DNA of 24,068 bases, taken from Candidatus Methylomirabilota bacterium (GTDB taxonomy: Bacteria; Methylomirabilota; Methylomirabilia; Rokubacteriales; CSP1-6). The notes beneath the pieces are model-generated. The model did not search any database, was not told where the DNA came from, and saw only the letters and a program-made list of their open reading frames with translations. Both the position numbers and the translations under genes were made by a program. This document shows positions 9,247-17,193 of this stretch, piece by piece. The DNA lies in assembly GCA_046726415.1 (NCBI GenBank), contig JBKPAK010000002.1, positions 1 to 24,068 of the forward strand. Direction: 5' to 3'. Positions within the stretch are counted from its first letter, which is position 1. The number at the start of each line of letters is the position of its first letter.

Positions 9247-9781
9247 AGGCATCCTCCGTGACGTGGAGCAGTTCCTATACCGGGAAGCGAGGTTGCTGGA
9301 CGAGCGGCGCTTCCACGAGTGGCTCGAGCTCTTCACCGATGACGTACGCTACTGGATGGCCGGGCGCAGCACGCGCTATCCACGCTCGAGCAAGGCCATC
9401 ACGGTGTCCGACCCTCAGCGGCTCCAGGAGTTGGAGGTGGCCGTGGAGGACGAGCTGGCGATCCTCGACGAGACCAAGGTGACGCTGGCCGGGCGCATCG
9501 CGCGCCTGGACACGGGGATGGCCTGGGCGGAGGATCCGCCGTCGCGCACGCGTCACATCATCACCAACATCGAAGTGGAGCCCAGCGACACGGCGTCAGA
9601 GCTCAAGGTGTACTGCAATTTCGTAGTCTATCGGAGCCGGGCCGAGACCGAGCAGGACTTCTACATCGGCGCGCGGCAGGACATCCTGCGGTCCGTCGAC
9701 GGCGGATGGAAGATCGCGCGCCGGAAGCTCGTCCTGGACCAGAACGTGCTCCTACCGAAGAACGTCAGCGTCTTCTTCTAG
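9239..9781 (+). CDS. Aromatic ring-hydroxylating dioxygenase beta subunit (BphE/HcaF-like)
   Basis: VEQFLYREARLLD, TGMAWAEDPPSRTRH, KIARRKLVLDQNVL.KN; overlaps the alpha-2 stop. Confidence 0.95.
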   Translation: MREGILRDVEQFLYREARLLDERRFHEWLELFTDDVRYWMAGRSTRYPRSSKAITVSDPQRLQELEVAVEDELAILDETKVTLAGRIARLDTGMAWAEDPPSRTRHIITNIEVEPSDTASELKVYCNFVVYRSRAETEQDFYIGARQDILRSVDGGWKIARRKLVLDQNVLLPKNVSVFF

Positions 9782-9914
9782 CCGGAAGCCGGGCCCGCGT
9801 CGTATGCGTAGGCCGCCGCAACGCTTCGGGCGAATGGTCGGCGTCACACCACAGCGTTACATTGGGGTCATGACTGAGATTCGGAGCATGATCGGGCGGA
9901 TCACGCCGCGCCTG

Positions 9915-10650
9915 TCCATCGCCAAAATGGTGATGGGCCGGCGGCCCACCCTGCACCATGAAAATCGGCTACCATGCCCGCGCGCCGTCGCCTGGACACG
10001 TCGACGATGTTTGGTAGCGCGAGTCCGAGCCAAAATTGACGTGGGAGCTTCCGGGACCCCGCATTGTTGCCTTCGAGCACGCCGAGCAAAGTCGTGAACA
10101 CGACGCTCCTCCGGGCGCCGGCGCCCATCGCCGCGGAGGTGAGGCCATGGAGCGGGTGATCGAGCGCTGCTGCGGATTGGACGTCCACAAGAAGACGGTG
10201 GTCGCGTGCGTGCGTCTGCCGGGCCGAACCAGCGCGCGCGAGCAGCACGTGCGGACGTTCGGCACGACCACGGCGGAACTGCTGGCGTTGCGGGATTGGC
10301 TGGGCGGATATGGCGTCACCCACGTGGCCATGGAGAGCACCGGGGTCTACTGGAAACCGATCTTCTACGTGCTCGAGGACGCGTTCACGTGTGTGCTGGC
10401 CAACGCCGCGCAGATCGCGCAGGTGCCAGGCCGGAAGACGGACGTCAAGGAGGCGTCTGGATTGCGCAACTGCTGGAGCATGGGCTCGTGCGGGGAAGCT
10501 TTGTGCCGCCAGCACCGATCCGCGAGCTCCGAGATTCTCACGCGCTACCGCGCCGCGCTGATCGGCGAGCATACCCGCGAGACCAATCGGCTCCAGAAGG
10601 TGCTCGAAGATGCGGGCATCAAGTCGGCGTCGGTAGCCAGTAACGTCCGC
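9915..10650 (+). mobile_element. Truncated IS110-family element: 5' non-coding end plus frameshifted transposase N-terminal half (ATG 10147)
   Basis: CCGLDVHK, AMESTGVYWKP, PGRKTDVK, then after frameshifts WIAQLLEHGL.RGSFVPP and LTRYR...NRLQKVLEDAGIK; GGAGGTGAGG RBS. Left boundary approximate. Confidence 0.85.
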
Positions 10651-10736
10651 GACCTGTCGTTCGCCAAAACCCGGACCGGCGGACAAGGGTTGATCGGAGG
10701 CTGATCTCAAGCCAATCTCAGCTTGATGATCACCCT

Positions 10737-10877
10737 TACCATCACGCGCGCACCCATCTCGCGCTCGACAAGGACGCACCCGATCTCCGGCCTATCGAGC
10801 TCCCCGCGGCGGGCACGATCGTGGAGGTTCCAGAAGTCGGCGGCCTGCACCACCGCTACCTCCGCCAAGCGGCGTAG
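10737..10877 (+). pseudogene. Integrase-core (rve) transposase C-terminal fragment
   Basis: YHHARTHLALDKDAPDLRPIELPAAGTIVEVPEVGGLHHRYLRQAA*. Confidence 0.8.
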
Positions 10878-11102
10878 TCCCAGCTGGTCTCGCAAGGGAT
10901 CCCTACCGCGAACGCGTCACGAGCGCGCTCACGCCGCCGACATGTCTCCGCCGCTCAGACCTCTGCGGTACCGGTTACAGGCGGGTCGATAACCTCTCGT
11001 CGTCAACTGCCGCCGACTCACCGACCCTCACCTGGGGGAGCCCGTCAGGCGACTCCGAAGGTCCGCCGAACGAGTCGGACGAGGTTATGGCGAAGGACAG
11101 GT

Positions 11103-11156
11103 TGAAAAGGTTGGCTCCCCGGGCAGGTCTCGAACCTGCGACATCCTGATTAACAG
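11103..11156 (-). repeat. tRNA-Asn(GTT) 3'-half fragment, att-like copy 2
   Basis: 54/54 identical to 3592-3645; identity ends at the anticodon loop CTGTTAA; 5' half absent. Confidence 0.9.
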
Positions 11157-11297
11157 CGAGTCTCAGGAGCACACTGCGCGGTACGGAGAAGAGCTAAGAC
11201 CGCGAGAACCTGAGAGTTGGCCGTGAGTGGTTGATCGCTGGGTGCGGCCTCGTTCGCCTGAGTTAGGCACCGATTTGGCACCGATCGCGGGACGGTT

Positions 11298-11352
11298 TTG
11301 CCAATCGGCGAAGTCGGTGGCCTGCATCATCAATATGTCCGGCAGGCCGCAT
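11298..11352 (+). pseudogene. Second rve-transposase C-terminal scrap
   Basis: PIGEVGGLHHQYVRQAA, homologous to the end of 10737-10877. Confidence 0.7.
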
Positions 11353-11654
11353 GGCTGCTTCTCGCCTGGCCGGCCCGGCGCACCCGGCCCTACCGCCTTG
11401 CCATGCGCTCCAGCGGACGGTTCGCGCGTTCCGCCGCCCACGTACAGTGGTCGAAATGCGGCTCGGCCCGCGCGTCGAAGCGGGGACGCAGGAGCGTAGC
11501 CCGCACAGACGGGTCTCCGAGGGCAGGGCCGGCCAACCAAACATAAGAGGACGAGCTTCTGCCGCTGGCCCCCGGGCGTGCCCGCTTCCGCCCCGCTCAG
11601 CGGGCACGACCCGTTTATGATGCTTGCGCTCACTGAGGTTGGTGGTGAGCGATT

Positions 11655-11760
11655 CGTCCAGGCAGGGGCAGGCCCTGAACGCGAGCGATGAAGTGTTCCG
11701 CATTGCCGGAGGGGAGCGGTAGCCCTGCTGGCGGAGCAGAGCATGGATGAGCGAGATGGT
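11655..11760 (-). pseudogene. IS110-family transposase internal fragment
   Basis: ISLIHALLRQQGYR / PSGNAEHFIARVQGLPLPGR aligns by eye with IALSRALLRRHGYVVPTGGAEAFARRVMTLGVPGR in the 14871-15914 transposase. Confidence 0.75.
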
Positions 11761-11877
11761 GAACATTGCAGCCGGTTCGCCGCAAATCTGCGGCGGATAG
11801 GTGTTAGGTGGTTAGAACCAAGTTGTGATCCGCTGGACACCAATACCAGACTGCTCGCTTCCCAGGGAGATCGAGTG

Positions 11878-13419
11878 ATGCGAAACGACGTCTTGATCAT
11901 CGGCGCTGGCCCTTCCGGGCTGTTCGCCGCCGCCGAACTCGCCCGCCACGGCGTGGAAGCGCGGCTCATCGAGCGGGAGGTGCGGCCGCACCGCGAGGCA
12001 CGCGCCACGGCGATCCAGCCCGGCACGCTCGAAATCCTGGATTCCGTCGGCCTGTTGCCGCCGTTCCTCGATGCCGCCGAGCGCGTCCGGTGTGCCCGCC
12101 TGTACGGCCCGGATATGGCCGAGCTTGGCGCGATGAGCCACGATGGCATCGACTGCCGCCACAAATTCCAGTGCAGCCTGCCGCAATACAAGACTCAGCG
12201 GATCCTCGAGGCGCATCTCGCGTCGCTCGGCGGGGTGGTCGAGCGCGGGGTCACGGCGACCAAGGTGGAGGTGGAGGCAGACGAGGTCCTCGTCGAGTTC
12301 GTCCACGCGGACGGCGCGGCGGAGACGGTCCGTCCGAGCGTCGTCATCGGGGCGGGCGGGGCGCACAGCGTCACGCGCCATTCGATGAACAAGCCGTTCG
12401 CGGGCGCCACCTACCGAGGGCATTTCCTCGTCGCCGACATCGGGATGGCGGGGCCGTTCCCGCGCGACGAGGCCGGCGTGATCTGCGGTCCCGATGGCCT
12501 GCTGCTGCTCGCGCCGCTCCCGGGCGGGCGCTGGATCAGTTTCCAGGACCTGGAAGAGGAGGTGGAGACCGTCTCTGCCGAAGACGTCATCGCCCGGGTT
12601 CAGGTACGGCTCGGTGGGAAGTATCGCCCCACCGACGTCGCCTGGTTCACGCCGTTTCGGATGCACCGGCGGATCGTCTCGCGCCTGGCGGACGGCCGGC
12701 GTTTTCTGATCGGCGACGCCGCTCACCTGTCGAGCCCGTTCGGCGGCGAGGGGCTCAACTCGGGCCTGCATGACGGCTACGACCTCGCGTGGAAGCTCGC
12801 CCTCGTCCTGCGCGGCCACGCGCGTCGGTCGCTCCTCGACGGGTATGCGGCGGAGCGCCTGATCGCGGACCGCCACGTTCTCGACGTTTCCGACCAGGTG
12901 CACACGTCGATCATCGACGTGGCGGACGCCGTCCGGCAGGGCCGCGAGGTGCATCCCGCGGTCGTGGACCCGATCGCGGCCGCGCTGCAGCGCAACGCGC
13001 GCGCCATGATCGACGTCGACTACGCGGGAAGCCCGCTCATCGCCGACTACGAGAGAACCGGGGCGGGCATCGAGGGGCCGCATCCCGGGCAGCGCTACCC
13101 GGACCGGGCACAGCTCGGGGGAACGTCACACCACGTGCTCGTGTTTGGACCCGTCACAGACGCCGCGTCGCTCGCGCGGCTGGACCGACGCTGGTCCAAG
13201 CTCGTGCAGATCTCTCACGATCCCAGTGTCGATCCCGCCCGCGCCGGCGTGCCGGCAGGCGGCGTGATCATGGTCCGCCCCGATGGCCACATCGGCTTTC
13301 GATACCCGTCCGCCCACGCGGGGGCGCTCACGGCGCTCGACCACCACCTCTTTTCGTATCTGATTCCGGACCCAGCCGTAGGTCCACTCGAAGAGGCGAT
13401 AGCGCATAGCAATGGATGA
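11878..13419 (+). CDS. FAD-dependent monooxygenase (group A aromatic hydroxylase, PheA/TfdB-like)
   Basis: GAGPSG Rossmann motif, GDAAHLSSPFGGEGLNSG, LAWKL, C-terminal VRPDGHIG; GGGAG RBS. Confidence 0.92.
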   Translation: MRNDVLIIGAGPSGLFAAAELARHGVEARLIEREVRPHREARATAIQPGTLEILDSVGLLPPFLDAAERVRCARLYGPDMAELGAMSHDGIDCRHKFQCSLPQYKTQRILEAHLASLGGVVERGVTATKVEVEADEVLVEFVHADGAAETVRPSVVIGAGGAHSVTRHSMNKPFAGATYRGHFLVADIGMAGPFPRDEAGVICGPDGLLLLAPLPGGRWISFQDLEEEVETVSAEDVIARVQVRLGGKYRPTDVAWFTPFRMHRRIVSRLADGRRFLIGDAAHLSSPFGGEGLNSGLHDGYDLAWKLALVLRGHARRSLLDGYAAERLIADRHVLDVSDQVHTSIIDVADAVRQGREVHPAVVDPIAAALQRNARAMIDVDYAGSPLIADYERTGAGIEGPHPGQRYPDRAQLGGTSHHVLVFGPVTDAASLARLDRRWSKLVQISHDPSVDPARAGVPAGGVIMVRPDGHIGFRYPSAHAGALTALDHHLFSYLIPDPAVGPLEEAIAHSNG

Positions 13420-13457
13420 TTCCCTCACGTCCCGTCAACTCCCGGAGACTTCGGCCA

Positions 13458-14227
13458 ATGCTTGACCGCGCCGGTCGATTCAGCCTGCAGGGCAAAAGAG
13501 CTCTGGTCACAGGCGCCTCACGGGGCATCGGCGCGGAGATCGCGACCGTGTTCGCCGACGCCGGAGCCGATGTCGCCATCGTGGGCAGAGATGCAGAGGT
13601 CCTCGACGCGACGAGGCAAGCCATCGCCGGCAAGGGTCGCCGGTGCGTCGCGATTCAGACGGACCTACGGACAGTCGAGGGCCCGCGCACCGCCGGCACC
13701 CGGGCCATCGAGCTCCTAGGAGCGGTGGACATCCTCGTGAACAACGCGGGCGTTTTTCATCGCGAGAGTCTGCTGGAGACCACGGTCGAACAGTGGGAGT
13801 AGACTCAGGCCGTCAATCTCCGGGCTCCATTCTTATGGGGGCAGCTCGTCGCGCCTGGCATGATGGCACAGCGGCGTGGCAAGATCGTCAATGTCTCGTC
13901 CCTGGCTGCCCAGGTTGGATGCGAGGGACATGCCGCCTACAGCTCCGCCAAGGGCGGGCTCAACATGTTGACGCGCGTCATGGCTGCCGAATGGGGGCCA
14001 TTCAACATCCAGACGAACTCCGTTGCGCCGACCGTCGTCCTCACCGACATGGGGAAGAAGGTCTGGGTGCCGAGGAGAAGAGCGCGCCCGTGAACGCGCG
14101 CATTCCACTTCATCGATTCGGGACGCCGCTGGAGATTGCAGACTTAGCTCTTTTCCTGGCATCGCCGGCTTCGGACTTCATCTGCGGCCAGGTCGTCTTC
14201 ATCGACGGCGGCTACAGCGCAGTATAG
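13458..14227 (+). pseudogene. SDR oxidoreductase (sugar/polyol dehydrogenase-like) with in-frame stop and frameshift
   Basis: TGASRGIG, NNAG, YSSAK, VAPTVVLTDMG, IDGGY; TAG at 13800-13802 and a frame change near 14070. Confidence 0.85.
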
Positions 14228-14369
14228 AAGTGCGGCAGGCATCGAGGTTCACGAATGTGAGACCGGGAGGAAGGCGCTTCGCCCCTCCCGCGGGCCCCCA
14301 GGGATGGTCACTGTGAGAGAAGCAGTCCTCGCAACTGAGCCTCGCCGCGAATACACGACCTATCTGTTC

Positions 14370-14416
14370 AGGCGCCCGAAGCTACATCCGAGCGACCGCC
14401 TCTTCTGGATTTGCCT
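14370..14416 (+). pseudogene. rve-type transposase fragment, left part, interrupted by the IS1111-like element
   Basis: RRPKLHPSDRLFWIC(L) joins in frame with 16022 onward. Confidence 0.75.
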
Positions 14417-14435
14417 TCTATGAAGCGATGGCCAG

Positions 14436-14441
14436 TGTCAA
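14436..14441 (-). promoter_or_regulatory. Outward-facing -35 hexamer TTGACA at the IS right end (candidate circle-junction promoter)
   Basis: Perfect TTGACA just inside the IR; IS110/IS1111 elements form a promoter across the circle junction. The -10 is not convincing. Confidence 0.55.
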
Positions 14442-14669
14442 GCACCAGCGCTCGGGTCAGGCGCTCCTTTGATCCTCTGCTTGTCCGGGCTTCTCTCCTC
14501 TTGGACGAATGAACGACGGCTGACCTCTCGGGGCCGTCAGTCTTCGCATCCACAATGCCGGGGCTGCCCCTCGCCCCTGGCTCACCTCGCCGGGCCCTCG
14601 GCCCCGGAACACGTCTCCGTTCTCATCCACACACCACCATAGGTTTACGGTCGACCGGGCGCTGCTCGC

Positions 14670-14830
14670 GAGGTTCATCAGCCTTCTATTCGCGCTCCGG
14701 GTGGCGTCGCGTCCCTTCCGCGCGCCGGCGCCTGAGAGGATTTCGGGGAGGGAGGGCGCCCTCTATCCGGCGGCTGTCCCGAGCGCAGCCAAGGCGAATC
14801 CTCGCGCTCACTCCCTCATCGAACCTGCAC
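14670..14830 (-). ncRNA. Predicted bridge/seek RNA of the IS1111-like element
   Basis: Four guide-like segments match the target and donor junction sequences, with enclosing stems; transcript ends unknown. Confidence 0.8.
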
Positions 14831-14870
14831 GAGCCTCCCTGTCGTCCCGTCATGCCGTGGCCCCCGTTCG

Positions 14871-15914
14871 CTACGCGGGCAGCGAGATGGGCGTAGAGGA
14901 TGCCGCCGCCGTCCAGCGCTGGGGCTCGTACGAGGCATCGTCCCGCAGCATCGCCCACAGAATGCCGGCCAGCCGGCGCGCCAACGCGACTGCGGCCACG
15001 GTCCGGCCCCGACGCGCTGCGATGCGCAGGGCCCAGGTGCGTAAGCCCACCGCCCGCGGATCGCGCAGCCGCATAATCGACAGGGCTGCCTGGATCAGCA
15101 GCCACCGCATCCGGGTGTTGCCTGTCTTGGTGATGCGCCCCCGCCGCTGCCCCTCCCCCGTGCTCCACTCCCCCGGCACCAATCCCAGGTACGCCTCCAC
15201 CTGGTGCGCCCGTCGAAACCGCGCCGCCTTGTCGAGGGTCGCCACGAACGCGGCCGCCGTGACCGGCCCGATGCTGGGCGCCGTCCGCAACCGTCGCACC
15301 CGCGGATCCCGTTCACTGATGTGTTCGATCTCCCCCTCGCAGTACGCGAGCTGGGCGTTGACCGTGCGCATCAGCGCCAGCAAGGGGCCCACCTCCGAGA
15401 GCAACCGCCCGGGCACCCCCAGGGTCATCACCCGCCGGGCGAATGCCTCAGCCCCGCCGGTGGGCACCACGTAGCCATGCCGCCGCAACAGCGCGCGGCT
15501 CAACGCGATGCTCCGCGTCCGCACCAGCGCGTCCCGGACCGCCAGCTGCGCCCGGACTTGTCGCTAGCCGTCGGAGAGTCGATGAGCCGGCCGATAGGCG
15601 CCGAGCACGTTGGCCTCGGTTAGCGCGCGCGCATCGCGCCGATCCGTCTTCACCTTCCGCGTGCGGGTGGCGTACATCGGAGCGAAGTTTGGGTCCGCCA
15701 CGATCACCTCGTGCCCCAGGCCCTCCAGGCAGCGAGCCACCCACTCGCTCTCCGTCGACGCCTCCAATAAGATGCGCGCCCGGGGGCGCGGACCCAACAC
15801 CTCCGCGAACCGCTCCGCCAGGGTCCGCACCCGGCGTTCGATCAGCTCACCGTCCTCCGTCAGGATGCAGATCTGCGTTTCCTTCTTGTGCACATCGATG
15901 CCAATATGGTCCAC
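14871..15914 (-). pseudogene. IS110-family DEDD recombinase/transposase with one in-frame TAG (15564-15566)
   Basis: GTG start with GGGGAGG RBS; GIDVHK, LLEAS, KTDRRDA, PSIGPVTA, YLGLVP.EWSTG, ITKTGN, VALARRL; the two listed ORFs are in the same frame. Confidence 0.9.
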
Positions 15915-16021
15915 GGCTGGCCTCCCCCTCTTCGCGGCTTCGACCGCGCATGCCCTTTGTGGGGACGACCCTACGCCACCCACGTTCCGAGCGGGTGGCC
16001 AGCCATCGCTTCATCCGATCT

Positions 16022-16230
16022 ATCCCGCTTGTGGGCAGAGTGGCGGCAGGCCCTCATCATCGTGACTCCAGACACCGTGCTTCGTTGGCACCGGGGCCGT
16101 TTTCGCGATTACTGGACCATGCTCTCACGGAGTCCCAAGGTTGGCCGCCCGTCGATCAACGCCGAGATCGTTGCTCTCGTCCGCAAGATGGTCGCCGCGA
16201 ATCCGCGATGGGGTGCGCCCCGAATCCATG
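16022..16230 (+). pseudogene. rve-type transposase fragment, right part
   Basis: SRLWAEWRQALIIVTPDTVLRWHR...GRPSINAEIVALVRKMVAANPRWGAPRIH(G); ends at the intron remnant. Confidence 0.85.
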
Positions 16231-16325
16231 GTAGGTCGAGGGCTGGCGCGGTACCTCATCGGGCCCGTCTCCAGCCCCCGCCACATCAAACGGCGCGAAC
16301 GGATTTCCCGTACGCCGCTTTCCGG
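16231..16325 (-). ncRNA. Group II intron 3' end (domains V-VI) remnant
   Basis: Minus strand AAGCGGCGTACGGGAAATCCGTTCGCGCCGTTT (DV with AGC triad and GAAA-type loop, 16288-16320), then GGGGCTGG...CCAGCCCTCGACCTAC (DVI with AC terminus). Confidence 0.85.
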
Positions 16326-16359
16326 CGACGCCGGCCAGGATGCGGTCCCCTGGGGGCCC

Positions 16360-17193
16360 CTACTCCTTCAGCCCCGAGAGTGCGATCCCGCGAACGAAGG
16401 CGCGCTGGAAGAACAGGAAGATGATCGCCGTCGGGATCATGCCGATGACGGCGATGGCCATGATCTCGTGGTAGGCGGCCGAGTCGATGCCCTCCATCTG
16501 GGCGAGCCCCAGAGGGAAGGTCTTGAGGGTGTCCCTCGAGGCCACGATGAGGGGCCACAGGAACTGGTCCCAGTTGTCGCGGAAGGTGAGGAGCGCCAGG
16601 GCGCCCAGGGCGGGCCGGCAGTTGGGCAGGATGATGCGCCAGAAGATGCCGCGCTCGCTGCAGCCGTCGAGCCGGGCCGCCTCGATGAGGGAGTCCGGCA
16701 GGTCCTTGATGTACTGGCGCATGAGGAAGATGCCGAAGGCGTCCACGGCGAGGGGAACAATGAGCCCCCCGTAGTTGTTCACGAGGCCCAGCCCGCGCAC
16801 CACGAGGAAGGTGGGCACCAGGACGATTTCTAGGGGCAGCATGAGGGTGCTCAGGATCATGCGGAAGGAGGCCTCCCGATAGGGGAAACGGAACTTGGCG
16901 AGGCCATACCCCGCCAGGCTGCAAAAGAGGAGGTTCCCCGCCATCACCGCGAGCGCGACCACTGCGCTGTTGAAGAAGTAGATGCCGAAGGCGCCGCGCG
17001 AGAGGGCGTCCGGGTAATTCGACCACTGTGGCTCCCGGGGAAGCCACCGGATGGGGAGCTCGAAGACCTCGCTGCTCGTCTTGAGGGAGGAGGAGAGCAT
17101 CCAGAAATAGGGCAGGAGCATCATCCCGATCCCGGCGAGCGTGAGGAGGGTCACCAGGCGCCCGCCCCAGAGGATCAACGCCTTCCTGTTCAC
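16360..17193 (-). CDS. Carbohydrate-type ABC transporter permease (MalG/UgpE-like)
   Basis: LIEAARLDG EAA motif, WDQFLWPLI, FQRAFVRGIALSGLK; GTG start overlaps the upstream TGA. Confidence 0.92.
   Translation of the reverse strand: MNRKALILWGGRLVTLLTLAGIGMMLLPYFWMLSSSLKTSSEVFELPIRWLPREPQWSNYPDALSRGAFGIYFFNSAVVALAVMAGNLLFCSLAGYGLAKFRFPYREASFRMILSTLMLPLEIVLVPTFLVVRGLGLVNNYGGLIVPLAVDAFGIFLMRQYIKDLPDSLIEAARLDGCSERGIFWRIILPNCRPALGALALLTFRDNWDQFLWPLIVASRDTLKTFPLGLAQMEGIDSAAYHEIMAIAVIGMIPTAIIFLFFQRAFVRGIALSGLKE

Larger units (their letters stand above)
14415..16021 (-). mobile_element. IS1111-group (IS110 family) insertion sequence, both ends present
   Basis: Perfect 13-bp sub-terminal inverted repeats ATGAAGCGATGGC (14420-14432) / GCCATCGCTTCAT (16002-16014); CT core at 14415-14416 and 16020-16021; ~450-bp non-coding region 3' of the transposase; removing the element restores the host reading frame. 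Confidence 0.9.

Noticed and set aside
13800-13802. Amber readthrough or recoding to explain the in-frame TAGs
   Set aside because: TAG is used as a normal stop in this window, no recoding machinery is visible, and the SDR also has a frameshift.
14417-14421. TCTAT as a 5-bp target duplication with 16019-16023
   Set aside because: It overlaps the IR; the guide matches and the restored protein favour a CT core at 14415-14416 / 16020-16021.
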